DNA of 20,000 nt from an uncultured virus (IMG/VR IMGVR_UViG_3300025433_000003) (IMGVR_UViG_3300025433_000003), one strand, 5' to 3'; shown: positions 1 to 8,969, numbered from the stretch's first letter. Made by a program: numbers and translations. The notes: a model not told the origin generated them from the letters alone.

Positions 1-1
1 G

Positions 2-88
2 ACAACATCATATCCAGATCTAATCAATTTTATGAGAAATGACCCGAAATACAAAAACAGTTATTATCTTGATCAGATTAAACTCTAA
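2..88 (+). CDS. 3' end of an upstream gene (partial, unknown product)
   Basis: Open frame from the window edge (TTSYPDLINFMRNDPKYKNSYYLDQIKL) ending at TAA 86-88, just before the RBS of the next gene. Confidence 0.5.
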   Translation, partial: TTSYPDLINFMRNDPKYKNSYYLDQIKL

Positions 89-109
89 ATATAAAAAAGG
101 AAATCCATT

Positions 110-3100
110 TTGACAACACTAGAAAAAGAATATGAAGAATTCATGAAAGTGACTGAAGAATTTATTCAAGGGGTAATAACCAAAAAATATTTATTAAATG
201 ATGAAAAGACATACAATGATATTATTAATAAACGGTTCTTACCAATACTCAATAATAAAACTAAATTAGATAAAACCAAATTAAATTATATTATTGAGAT
301 GTTTCTTAAAAAGAGATGCGTTCCTGCTGGGAGTATACTATCTGGTCTTGGAAATACTGAGTATACATGTTCTCTCTCTAATTGTTATTACATTCCTTTA
401 AATTCAGATTCTTTAGAGGGAATCTTTGAATGTGAAAAGGAAATTGCTCGCACTTTTAGTTGGCGTGGAGGGTGTGGGTTATCTATCTCCATACTTCGAC
501 CAAGTGGTTGCCCAGTTAAAAATTCAGCCAAGACTTCAACTGGTGCAGTGAGCTTTATGCCTAGCTTTAGTCAATTAGGTCACGACATAGGTCAGAACGG
601 TCGTCGTGCTGCTGAGTTAATTGATATCGACTGTCGTCATCCTGACTTAGAAAAATTCATTTGGAGTAAGGCAAACCCGGATCGCGTCTTTCCAAAAGAC
701 TTTATGACTGGATACCAGCCTACCGTGAATTTTGCAAACATATCAGTTCAAATAACGAATAAATTTATGGAGGCGGTTAAGACGGACTCCGATTGGGATC
801 TGTTCTTTCCTGAAACGACATTTGAAAAATATGATGCTGAGTGGGATGGAAATTATGATGACTGGATAGCCAAGGGATATCCAGTCAAAATATACAAAAC
901 AGTTAAAGCAAAAGATATTCTAAAACAGATCGCAGAAGCATCGTGGTTAACAGGCGATCCGGGTATTATTTTCCGGGACAACATGAGAAATTTCTCCTCT
1001 TGTGCTTTTGATCCAAAGTTAATCCCGGTGGGATGTAATCCTTGCCTTCCTGAGTGGGCACCGGTTTTAACTCCTGAAGGTTATAAACAACTTAAAGACA
1101 TTAAAAATGAAATTGTGTTAGGTGGAGAGACATACGAATGTTCTGATGTATTTAAAACAAGAGAATTAGACGATGTATATGAAATAGAATTAATGGGGGG
1201 CATTAAATTTTGGTCTACTTATGATCACGAAATTATGGCAACCAAGAATGATTATAAATTTAGTGAACCAAAATTAACTAAAATTAAAGATTTGAATGTT
1301 AAAGATTTTGTTAAAATGGATTATACTCCAATTAAAATCAATATTGATAAAGAAGAATGGAAAAACGGGTATGATTATGTAAAAATGTTTGATGAACAGA
1401 CAGACATTTTAATGTTTAACAATATTAATTTTCAATTAGGGTTTATAGAAGGCATATATAAAGAATTTGGGTATATTGATAAATTGAAAGATGTACATTC
1501 AATCGATGTTACTTCAAAAATATCAAGTGGATTATTAGGTAATACACAACTCATCTTATGTTCATTAGGAATTTTTTCTGATATTTTAGAGAATACACTA
1601 AGGATAATGGATGCAGATTCTTTTGAAGATATGTTTAATTTAACAAATAAAACTAATTCCGCAGTGTTTACTAATTTTTCAAAAGATAAACAACATATTA
1701 AGTCAATCACTAAATTAGATGGAAAGTTTCCAGTTTATGATATCAGTGTGCCAGGACCAAATAAATTTGTTTCGTCAGCAATTGTAATATCTAATTGTGG
1801 GGAGCAGTCGCTTCAATCTTATGGTAATTGTCTCCTGTCGGCGATATGTTTGCATAAATATGTGAAAAACCCATATGAGCCAATTGCTGAATTTGACATT
1901 CATACGTTCCTGGCAGATACAGAACATTTGGTATATTTTTTAGATGAAATGATTAATCTTAATAATCATCCTCTTAACGAACAAAATTTGATGGATAAAT
2001 ATAGTCGGAGAATGGGAATTGAGTTTACCGGAATGGCAGACATGATTTCTATGTTAAACATGGATTATGGTAGTGATGAATCTTGTGATTTCTTAGACGA
2101 TATTTTATTCAGCAAAGCAATCTGTGAAATTAAAACAAGTATTAAATTAGCTAAAGAAAAAGGTTATGCACCATGTTTTAAAACCAAAAAATCTCGAACA
2201 GCATTTATAAAACAACCATACATCCAAAGAATCCTTAATAATTTACTTAAAACAAATCAGACTGAAATTACAAATAATATTATGGAATATGGTCTGTCTT
2301 CTCCAGCGTTTAATACTGTGGGCCCGACAGGAAGTATCTCGATTGTAGCTGATAATTGTACCAGTGGCATAGAACCAATTTATAACATTTCGTATTATCG
2401 GAAATCAAGATTGTTTGGTGATAAACAGATGAAGATGGTCCATCTTCCTTTAATAAAACACGTAGGACCAAAAATTCTATCATTAACCGATGAAGAAATC
2501 AAAAAGAAATATCATTATCAGTGCGCTCATGAAATAGACTACATCACCAGAATAAAAGTTCAATCAACGGTTCAAAAGTGGACAGATAATAGTATTTCAT
2601 CAACAATCAACTTGAATAATGATGCAACGATTGACGATATTTATAATATATATCTTGAAGCATATGATAAACAGTTGAAAGGAATAACCATTTTTAGAGA
2701 TGGCTCTAAAAAAGGTATCCTTTCAAGTACAGCAGAAGAATCTAGTAAACCTAAAGAAATAGATAATAAAATCACATCTGAAAATATTACAAATCATTTA
2801 TCATTAATTAAAGACGAGTTAACTCAAACCCTGCGAGCATATCGGTATGTTCGAATGTGGAAAGGAAATAAAGTATATATCACTATCACTATTGACAGTA
2901 GCGGCAAACCAGTTGAAATATTTGCCAACGTTCCATATGAAGCAGGAATAGATAAATCTGGAGTCTACCACCAAGAACAATTAATGGAAAAGAAAACATA
3001 TTGGGATACAATTTGTCGATTGATTTCACTAATGCTTCGATTGAATATGCCTATTCCAGTCATCCTTAAACAACTTGATAAATCTTCTCCGAATATGGTT

Positions 3101-3283
3101 GAAATGCCTAGTATAATTGCGTATATTCTTAAAAAATATGTCGATTATACTCCAGAGAAAATTAAAGAAATTAAGGAGACAAAACTTGGTGGAGAATATT
3201 GTCAGTCGTGTGGAGAATATGCTGGCATATTTCAGGGTGGCTGCTTAGTTTGTCAATCATGTGGCGATAGCAAATGCGGATGA
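110..3283 (+). CDS. nrdJ: Class II (adenosylcobalamin-dependent) ribonucleotide reductase, intein-containing, with C-terminal TSCPD-like domain and Zn ribbon
   Basis: RNR motifs SLSNCY, GGCG, GQNGRRAA, N-P-[intein]-C-G-E, GPTGSIS, TSGIEP, QKWTDNSISSTIN, LKGITIFRDGS. C-terminal KVYITI..GKPVEIF segment and CxxC..CxxC..SKCG tail typical of NrdJ. No ATP-cone and no nrdB in the window. TTG start preceded by AAGGA. Confidence 0.88.
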   Translation: MTTLEKEYEEFMKVTEEFIQGVITKKYLLNDEKTYNDIINKRFLPILNNKTKLDKTKLNYIIEMFLKKRCVPAGSILSGLGNTEYTCSLSNCYYIPLNSDSLEGIFECEKEIARTFSWRGGCGLSISILRPSGCPVKNSAKTSTGAVSFMPSFSQLGHDIGQNGRRAAELIDIDCRHPDLEKFIWSKANPDRVFPKDFMTGYQPTVNFANISVQITNKFMEAVKTDSDWDLFFPETTFEKYDAEWDGNYDDWIAKGYPVKIYKTVKAKDILKQIAEASWLTGDPGIIFRDNMRNFSSCAFDPKLIPVGCNPCLPEWAPVLTPEGYKQLKDIKNEIVLGGETYECSDVFKTRELDDVYEIELMGGIKFWSTYDHEIMATKNDYKFSEPKLTKIKDLNVKDFVKMDYTPIKINIDKEEWKNGYDYVKMFDEQTDILMFNNINFQLGFIEGIYKEFGYIDKLKDVHSIDVTSKISSGLLGNTQLILCSLGIFSDILENTLRIMDADSFEDMFNLTNKTNSAVFTNFSKDKQHIKSITKLDGKFPVYDISVPGPNKFVSSAIVISNCGEQSLQSYGNCLLSAICLHKYVKNPYEPIAEFDIHTFLADTEHLVYFLDEMINLNNHPLNEQNLMDKYSRRMGIEFTGMADMISMLNMDYGSDESCDFLDDILFSKAICEIKTSIKLAKEKGYAPCFKTKKSRTAFIKQPYIQRILNNLLKTNQTEITNNIMEYGLSSPAFNTVGPTGSISIVADNCTSGIEPIYNISYYRKSRLFGDKQMKMVHLPLIKHVGPKILSLTDEEIKKKYHYQCAHEIDYITRIKVQSTVQKWTDNSISSTINLNNDATIDDIYNIYLEAYDKQLKGITIFRDGSKKGILSSTAEESSKPKEIDNKITSENITNHLSLIKDELTQTLRAYRYVRMWKGNKVYITITIDSSGKPVEIFANVPYEAGIDKSGVYHQEQLMEKKTYWDTICRLISLMLRLNMPIPVILKQLDKSSPNMVEMPSIIAYILKKYVDYTPEKIKEIKETKLGGEYCQSCGEYAGIFQGGCLVCQSCGDSKCG
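1043..1795 (+). mobile_element. Intein (251 aa) inserted at the RNR catalytic NP|CGE site, with an apparently degenerate LAGLIDADG remnant
   Basis: Starts with CLPEWAPVLT (block A), contains STYDH (block B TxxH) and VYDISV (block F), and ends IVISN followed by the +1 Cys. Removing it restores GCNPCGEQ. Confidence 0.93.
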
Positions 3284-3305
3284 TATAAATATATGGAGAA
3301 TCTTT

Positions 3306-3548
3306 ATGAATGTTGAATATTATTTTGAAAATTCTAACACAATTTATTTAAACAAATATTCTGAAGATTTATTAAGAACACAATTATACGATTTAAGATG
3401 TCGACAATGTGGAAAAGAAATGAGTATAATAACATTTCAAGAAGGAACAAGTATAGTTTGTAAAGAATGTCCTTGGTCTCATAACACAGGATACACTATT
3501 GAGTGTGGAGATTTTACAAAAGAACCACGAATTATAACTCACAATTAA
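3306..3548 (+). CDS. Small Zn-ribbon-like hypothetical protein (80 aa)
   Basis: GGAG at 3295-3298 before ATG 3306. Motif CRQC-x16-CKEC. Confidence 0.7.
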   Translation: MNVEYYFENSNTIYLNKYSEDLLRTQLYDLRCRQCGKEMSIITFQEGTSIVCKECPWSHNTGYTIECGDFTKEPRIITHN

Positions 3549-3553
3549 TTATA

Positions 3554-3585
3554 TTTGACCTTGGCAAAACCCTGCCGAGGTCAAA
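3554..3585. promoter_or_regulatory. 13-bp stem-loop directly upstream of the thyX RBS
   Basis: TTTGACCTTGGCA / TGCCGAGGTCAAA with one G-U pair and a 6-nt loop. Both arms resemble the dispersed GGCCTCGGC motif. Confidence 0.6.
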
Positions 3586-3599
3586 AAAGGAGAAAATAT

Positions 3600-4367
3600 A
3601 TGGAAATTAAACCAAGAGTCAAACTACTTTTTCCACCAACAAATCCAATAGAGACTATATATTGTGCTGCTAGCCAATGTTATTCTTCTGAGTTTATTTG
3701 TGATATAATAGGTACAGATAAATCACCAACAATCGAAGAAATGATTACTTTAATTCTGAAAGTTATTAAAAGTGGACACACAAGTATTCTTGAACATGTT
3801 AAATATACTTTTGCAATTGATGGAGTTTCACGAGCTAATACACATCAAATTGTTCGTCATCGAATAGCATCATATTCACAACAGTCTCAAAGATATTGTG
3901 ATATGTCTAAAGATGAAAGTTTTGAATATATTATTCCTGAGTCTATACGAAATAATAAAAAAACATTGAGTCTATATATTAATTTAATGAAAGTGATAGA
4001 TACTACTTATGGGAATCTAAAAGAAATTCTATCTAAAGATTTAAAAACTTCTGAACAGGTAAATCAAGATGCTCGTTATGTTCTTCCAAATGCCTGTAGT
4101 AGTAAGATAGTCACTACGATGAATATTCGGGCATTATTTAATTTCTTTGAATTAAGATGTTGTAATCGTGCTCAATGGGAAATCAGATATATTGCTAATG
4201 AAATGTTAAAATTATGTAAAGAAAATTGTCCTTCAATTTTTGAACTTACTGGACCTAAATGTAAACAACTTGGATACTGTCCAGAAGGTAAATTTACTTG
4301 TGGTAAATTTATTGAAATTATGAAAGATAAAATAGTTAGGCTTAAAGGTAGTACTGTTGATATATAA
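3600..4367 (+). CDS. thyX: Flavin-dependent thymidylate synthase
   Basis: GHTSILEH, the ThyX signature RHRIASYSQQSQRY, DARYVLPNA and AQWEIR. AAGGAG RBS before ATG 3600 (the TTG at 3555 lies inside the hairpin). Confidence 0.95.
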   Translation: MEIKPRVKLLFPPTNPIETIYCAASQCYSSEFICDIIGTDKSPTIEEMITLILKVIKSGHTSILEHVKYTFAIDGVSRANTHQIVRHRIASYSQQSQRYCDMSKDESFEYIIPESIRNNKKTLSLYINLMKVIDTTYGNLKEILSKDLKTSEQVNQDARYVLPNACSSKIVTTMNIRALFNFFELRCCNRAQWEIRYIANEMLKLCKENCPSIFELTGPKCKQLGYCPEGKFTCGKFIEIMKDKIVRLKGSTVDI

Positions 4368-4409
4368 TTAGAGATTGAATAAACACATATTATTAACCCG
4401 GAGTCCCAC

Positions 4410-5606
4410 ATGCAAAAAAATTATGTAATAGATACAAACGTTTTGATTGACAATCCTGATTGTATTAAAATACTTAGAAATGGTGAGGAAAATAATATTT
4501 TCCTCCCACTTCATGTATTGATTGAATTGGACAAACTGAAAAATGATGAAAAAATAGGTGGTTCAGTTCGAGAAGCAATAAACAGCATAGTCGAGCATAA
4601 AGACGTTATCGAAATTACATCAACAAATAACTCAATTAATGAATTTCAAAAAAACTTCGATGGAAAAATATTAGCAGATATAACAAATAACGAAGAGACA
4701 AAAAATGGTATTCTTGTAAGTAATGATAAAATTCTTAAATTAATTTCTGAAAAAATTTATAATTATGATTGCGAAGACTTTAATGCGTCTAATCCATACT
4801 TGACAGACAGTGAAACATATACTGGATTTTGTGAACCTGAAGTTGCTAACGAAGATCGTCCAACGAATAGTTTTACTTGGGAAAACGGCATACCAATATT
4901 CAATGGTGTAAACGAAAGTAAACCTGTGAGTTATGAAAATGTTGCCTGGGGAATAAAACCAAAAACTGTTTATCAGAATCTTGCACTTGAGTTGATGTTA
5001 AAAGATAGTATTGACTTAGTAACAATTCAATCGAGAGCTGGTTACGGGAAAACTTTACTGGCACTGGCGGCTGCATTTCACCTGACTTTTAAAGAAAAAA
5101 AATATAAAAAGATTTATATTACTAAAACCGCATACGAACTCGATAAAGATACTGGGTTTCTTCCAGGTAATCAAGACGAAAAGTTTGCTCCAATTATGAG
5201 ACCAATTGTTGATCTAATATATGAACTTCATAATCGACAGAATTGTAATAGATTGTTTGTTGAGGGAGATTCAACAAAGGGGTTCAATAAAAAACGAATT
5301 GAAATGCTTCCATTAAACTATATCCAAGGAATGAACCTTAAAAATTGTGTTGTTATTTTTGATGAAGCACAAAATGCTGAAAGAAAGACTATGCGTGCAA
5401 TTGCTACTCGATGTGGTAAAAATACTAAGATGTTTGCTGTTGGCGATACTCGTCAAGTGATTCATCCACATATTAATGAATATAATAACGGTTTAAATTG
5501 GCTTGTTAAACTATGTACCGGTCAACCCAACTACGCACACATGGTACTCAAAGGTAAGAACTCGAGAGGTCCAATCACAGATTTAATTCTTGGTTGTGGA
5601 CTATAA
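4410..5606 (+). CDS. phoH: PIN-domain + PhoH-family ATPase (PhoH2/YlaK-like)
   Basis: N-terminal PIN motif YVIDTNVL..ELDKLK. PhoH motifs AGYGKT, GFLPG, IFDEAQN, TRCG, GDTRQ. Confidence 0.88.
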   Translation: MQKNYVIDTNVLIDNPDCIKILRNGEENNIFLPLHVLIELDKLKNDEKIGGSVREAINSIVEHKDVIEITSTNNSINEFQKNFDGKILADITNNEETKNGILVSNDKILKLISEKIYNYDCEDFNASNPYLTDSETYTGFCEPEVANEDRPTNSFTWENGIPIFNGVNESKPVSYENVAWGIKPKTVYQNLALELMLKDSIDLVTIQSRAGYGKTLLALAAAFHLTFKEKKYKKIYITKTAYELDKDTGFLPGNQDEKFAPIMRPIVDLIYELHNRQNCNRLFVEGDSTKGFNKKRIEMLPLNYIQGMNLKNCVVIFDEAQNAERKTMRAIATRCGKNTKMFAVGDTRQVIHPHINEYNNGLNWLVKLCTGQPNYAHMVLKGKNSRGPITDLILGCGL

Positions 5607-5637
5607 ACGATAAATTAAGTTTAAAAGGAATTTTTTT

Positions 5638-6063
5638 ATGATAATATTTGATTTAGATGGAACACTTTCATTAGTTGGAGATAGAGAAAAATATATCAAA
5701 CAAGCAAAACCTGATTGGGATAAATTCTTTAAAAGTTGTGGAGAAGATAAACCAAACATTCCAATTGTTAATTTATATAACACACTTAGAAAACATTATT
5801 TCATTAAAGTTGTCACAGGTCGAAGTGAGGATGTTAGAGAAATTACATTAAAATGGTTTAAACAAAACAAAATGAAATTAGAATCCAAAGATCTAATTAT
5901 GCGTAAATCTGGAGATTTTCGTTCAGATACTATTATTAAACCTGAACTGATTAAACCATTTGCTGATAAAATTGAAATATTATTTGATGACAGAGATGGG
6001 GTTGTTGATATGTGGAGAAAAATGGGCTATACATGCCTTCAAGTAGCTCCAGGTAAATTCTAA
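5638..6063 (+). CDS. HAD-family phosphatase resembling the 3'-phosphatase domain of phage polynucleotide kinase
   Basis: IIFDLDGTL, VTGR, D-x-x-x-K and FDDR..V..W...G..CLQV motifs. Confidence 0.85.
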   Translation: MIIFDLDGTLSLVGDREKYIKQAKPDWDKFFKSCGEDKPNIPIVNLYNTLRKHYFIKVVTGRSEDVREITLKWFKQNKMKLESKDLIMRKSGDFRSDTIIKPELIKPFADKIEILFDDRDGVVDMWRKMGYTCLQVAPGKF

Positions 6064-6087
6064 ATATTTCTAATATTCTCCTTTTTT

Positions 6088-6098
6088 ATATATAAATA
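6088..6098 (+). promoter_or_regulatory. Candidate promoter motif ATATATAAATA
   Basis: The same 11-mer occurs on the minus strand at 15302-15312 and 16681-16691, each time intergenic and upstream of same-strand features. Confidence 0.45.
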
Positions 6099-6109
6099 AC
6101 ATAATTATA

Positions 6110-6374
6110 AACCCCACTTGTTCGGTATCGAGCTACTGAACAGACGGACACCAGAATATTCTAGGCTATAGGAATAGGGATATACATATATCTCACTAGT
6201 AAGTAGGAAGGAGGGGATTCAGAGGGAATAGCTAACTCTGATAGGTACTAACAGTTGCCGAAAAAAAACTGTAGGGCATAAACCAGAGTTGATCTGGTTG
6301 TCCAAAAAACCCTCCACCAACGGGGCTACCAGCCCAATGGAGGTTAAAATGAAGCACGAGAGTGCTTCATTTTA
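6110..6374 (+). ncRNA. Candidate structured non-coding RNA of unrecognised family
   Basis: No ORF in the track. About 45% GC by manual count (6111-6370) in an AT-rich background. At least seven consecutive hairpins with G-U pairs favouring the + strand. Ends in a terminator-like hairpin. Confidence 0.6.
6345..6374 (+). terminator. Intrinsic terminator-like hairpin
   Basis: Perfect 13-bp stem TAAAATGAAGCAC-GAGA-GTGCTTCATTTTA with a GNRA loop and T-rich tail. Confidence 0.7.
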
Positions 6375-6406
6375 TATATTTGTATTTATTTAAAAAGGAG
6401 AATAAA

Positions 6407-7168
6407 ATGGGAACACACGGCAGAAATGCAATCACAGACAAAGACGGTAATCACTATTGTTTCGAACAGAGCATGGATGGACACGATGCGTGTAGTGATT
6501 TTATGATTGAGTTTTTAGAAAAGAGAAACTACCCACAACATCCGACTATGAGTAATGATGTTGATGAGTGCGATCAAGGAACAAATTTCTGTCACATTGA
6601 CTATAAACGAAAAATTTTTTATTGTGGTCAAGAAGATCCCGAAGACATATTAAACATGCCGATCGAAGAGTTTATGGATGAGTATGGCTATTGTTCAGAG
6701 GACATTGATGATATTGAAAGGATGCTATTGTTTGCGCGAACTTGTCTGGACACTAAGAAATTGAGAATTAGTCAAGGTTGGAGATTCTTATTCAATGTCG
6801 TTAAATGCCCTCATGAGTATGACTGCTATAATGCTATTCCGGCAGAGATCGACGATTTTCTAAATAACACAGTTAAATACAGACTGTGGAGTCGATCAGC
6901 AGATTACAGAGTGACACATATTTTTGAAAATTCATTAATTTGTGTTAATGAAGACATTCTTCGATATGTGTATTATGATCAAAACGAAGATGTAATTATT
7001 TCTGAATATTGTATTAAATTAACTTCTTTGGACATTGAATTTTTTAAAAAAGAAAATTTGACTGACGGGAAAGTATTAGTATATTTGAAAAATTTGTCAG
7101 AAAATTATTCTGAAATTAACTCAGGAGACGAGTTGTTGACATTTTTAAATAAGGTGTGTAAATCATAA
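6407..7168 (+). CDS. Hypothetical acidic protein (253 aa)
   Basis: AAGGAG RBS before ATG 6407 (the track's GTG at 6362 lies in the hairpin). No recognisable motif. Confidence 0.75.
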   Translation: MGTHGRNAITDKDGNHYCFEQSMDGHDACSDFMIEFLEKRNYPQHPTMSNDVDECDQGTNFCHIDYKRKIFYCGQEDPEDILNMPIEEFMDEYGYCSEDIDDIERMLLFARTCLDTKKLRISQGWRFLFNVVKCPHEYDCYNAIPAEIDDFLNNTVKYRLWSRSADYRVTHIFENSLICVNEDILRYVYYDQNEDVIISEYCIKLTSLDIEFFKKENLTDGKVLVYLKNLSENYSEINSGDELLTFLNKVCKS

Positions 7169-7175
7169 TTAATTT

Positions 7176-7205
7176 TAAATGGAGTACTTGGGTGTACTTC
7201 ATTTA
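7176..7205 (+). terminator. Terminator-like hairpin, diverged copy of 6345-6374
   Basis: TAAATGGAGTAC-TTGGGT-GTACTTCATTTA, 12-bp stem with one G-U pair. Confidence 0.6.
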
Positions 7206-7235
7206 TATTTTAATTCTTAAAAAGGAGAAATTAGT

Positions 7236-7592
7236 ATGTTGATTAAAAAAGTATTTCATTTCAAAGAACTTGCATTTACTGTAATAGCAACCCCAAATGA
7301 GTATTATGTGGATTATAAAATATATAATCATGAAGGGGAAGACGATAAAGGAAATTATCTTTTTCATAAAAAAGGAGCTGATGATTATCCAAATCCTGTA
7401 AAATCTGTTAATGATGCAGATGTATATATTCATGGGTCTGTAAAATGGGATGGTTGTTCTAATTGGTATTTTGATGAACAAGATAATTGTATGCTCCACG
7501 GGTGTTCTAAAGAATATATAGTTCGTTTTGGATTAATTCTTGGAGAATGTTGGGAGTTAACAAAAAAGTTATGTCCCATGTGGACTGAATAA
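7236..7592 (+). CDS. Hypothetical protein (118 aa)
   Basis: AAGGAG RBS and co-oriented ORF. Contains GSVKWDGCSNW; no function recognised. Confidence 0.75.
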   Translation: MLIKKVFHFKELAFTVIATPNEYYVDYKIYNHEGEDDKGNYLFHKKGADDYPNPVKSVNDADVYIHGSVKWDGCSNWYFDEQDNCMLHGCSKEYIVRFGLILGECWELTKKLCPMWTE

Positions 7593-7602
7593 AGGAAAAT
7601 GT

Positions 7603-7755
7603 ATGCTACTTACACAAAGTAACGAAATTTCAGCATCATATTATTTCTGTCTCGTAGGACAAATAAACAGAGGCACTTGTGGCACTTGTAAATTAAGAGT
7701 TGCGAAAAAGCTTTTAATTAATGGTGAATATAGTTATCACTTAATATCCAATTAG
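7603..7755 (+). CDS. Small hypothetical protein (50 aa), below the ORF-track cutoff
   Basis: AAGGA RBS; translates MLLTQSNEISASYYFCLVGQINRGTCGTCKLRVAKKLLINGEYSYHLISN. Fills the gap between co-oriented genes and contains a 9-bp tandem duplication GGCACTTGT. Confidence 0.45.
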   Translation: MLLTQSNEISASYYFCLVGQINRGTCGTCKLRVAKKLLINGEYSYHLISN

Positions 7756-7783
7756 ATAAAAAATTTGATTATAAAAAGGAGAA

Positions 7784-8422
7784 ATGAATAAGATGTTTAA
7801 AGATTATCAGAAATTAGTATTTTTTGATTTTGAAACGACTGGAATTGATGTGAGTGGCGAACCTAATATTGGATGTTTCCCAATTGAGTTAGCAATGCTG
7901 GTGACAGATTGTAATTTGAATATTATTGGGAAATCATTTTCATCGTTAATTAACTGGGACATTTTTAAAACTAAGACAATTAGGGAAAACTGGGATACTC
8001 TTGGAGCAACTAAAGTACATGGTATTAAATTAGAAGAAGTTATGGATTGTGGAGTTTTACACAAAGCAGTATGTACTCACTGTAAAGATGATATTCTTAT
8101 GCCACAGATTATTGAAATGTATTTTGAAGAGTTGAAAATTAGACATGAGGATGAGTTAATTCTTGTAAGCGATAATCCATATTTCGATTTTACGTTAATG
8201 AAAAAATTGTATAACGTTAAGATTGATGGTGGACAAATTAAATTTCCGTTTCATTATAATTGTTACAGTCCCATGTTATTGTTTAAAGCTCTTGGAATGA
8301 ATATTAATAATTGTAAATCTCATCGAGCAATGGGAGATGTAAATGCTTTATATAAATCATGTGTTATTGCATTTGATCGACTTGGAAAATTTAATAAAAA
8401 GGAAAAAATAAATGTTAAGTAA
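7784..8422 (+). CDS. DEDDh 3'-5' exonuclease (DnaQ/oligoribonuclease-like)
   Basis: ExoI FFDFETTG, ExoII DNPYFD, ExoIII HRAMGDV. Confidence 0.85.
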   Translation: MNKMFKDYQKLVFFDFETTGIDVSGEPNIGCFPIELAMLVTDCNLNIIGKSFSSLINWDIFKTKTIRENWDTLGATKVHGIKLEEVMDCGVLHKAVCTHCKDDILMPQIIEMYFEELKIRHEDELILVSDNPYFDFTLMKKLYNVKIDGGQIKFPFHYNCYSPMLLFKALGMNINNCKSHRAMGDVNALYKSCVIAFDRLGKFNKKEKINVK

Positions 8423-8969
8423 GAACAAAAAATTGATGATTTGTTTGAATGGATGTGGGGGAGTGGGTAAAGATGAACTTGTTGAGTTTTGTCGCAACGA
8501 AGCATATAGCAAAGACACTTATATTGCTAATCTTTCAACTATTGACATGATTCGTCAAGCTGGACGTTTAATAGGATGTGTAGATAAGAAAGAAAATGAT
8601 AGAAAGTTTCTATCTGATTTAAAATGTTTATCAAAAAAATATAATAATCATCCAAGAAATTATATAAAAGATCAAATTAAGAGTTTTTGTAACGTAACTG
8701 GGAATACAATTGTATTTGTACATAGTCGTGAAATTGAGGAAATCAAAGAGTTTAAAGAATATTTTATTGAACATGGAATCGTTGACTATTTTATTAGTGT
8801 TCTTGTTAAGAACAAGAACGTTGAAAAAATAGTTAGTAATGAATCTGATGCAGGAGTTGAAGATTATGAGTACGATTACTATATTCATAATGACGGTAGT
8901 TTGGATGAGTTGAGAGATGCTGCTAAGATGTTTATTGGTAATGTTGTTAATGTTTATTTTACTGAATAA
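8412..8969 (+). CDS. P-loop kinase, deoxynucleoside-monophosphate-kinase-like
   Basis: N-terminal NGCGGVGKD Walker A; C-terminal YDYYIHNDGSLDEL resembles phage dNMP kinases. Confidence 0.65.
   Translation: MLSKNKKLMICLNGCGGVGKDELVEFCRNEAYSKDTYIANLSTIDMIRQAGRLIGCVDKKENDRKFLSDLKCLSKKYNNHPRNYIKDQIKSFCNVTGNTIVFVHSREIEEIKEFKEYFIEHGIVDYFISVLVKNKNVEKIVSNESDAGVEDYEYDYYIHNDGSLDELRDAAKMFIGNVVNVYFTE

Noticed and set aside
6205..6345. Canonical tRNA, tRNA-Sec or (permuted) tmRNA, suggested by CTCCACCA followed by GGGGCT
   Set aside because: No T-arm GTTCRA before CCA, only four acceptor pairs with GGGGCT, and no tag reading frame. Kept only as an unassigned ncRNA candidate.
6220..6345. Cobalamin or c-di-GMP-I riboswitch (AGGGAA, AACTGTA, GGGCATAAACC fragments)
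   Set aside because: The fragments are short. The B12 box and the GAAA-tetraloop/GACGCAAA core are absent. Only cmscan could rescue this call.
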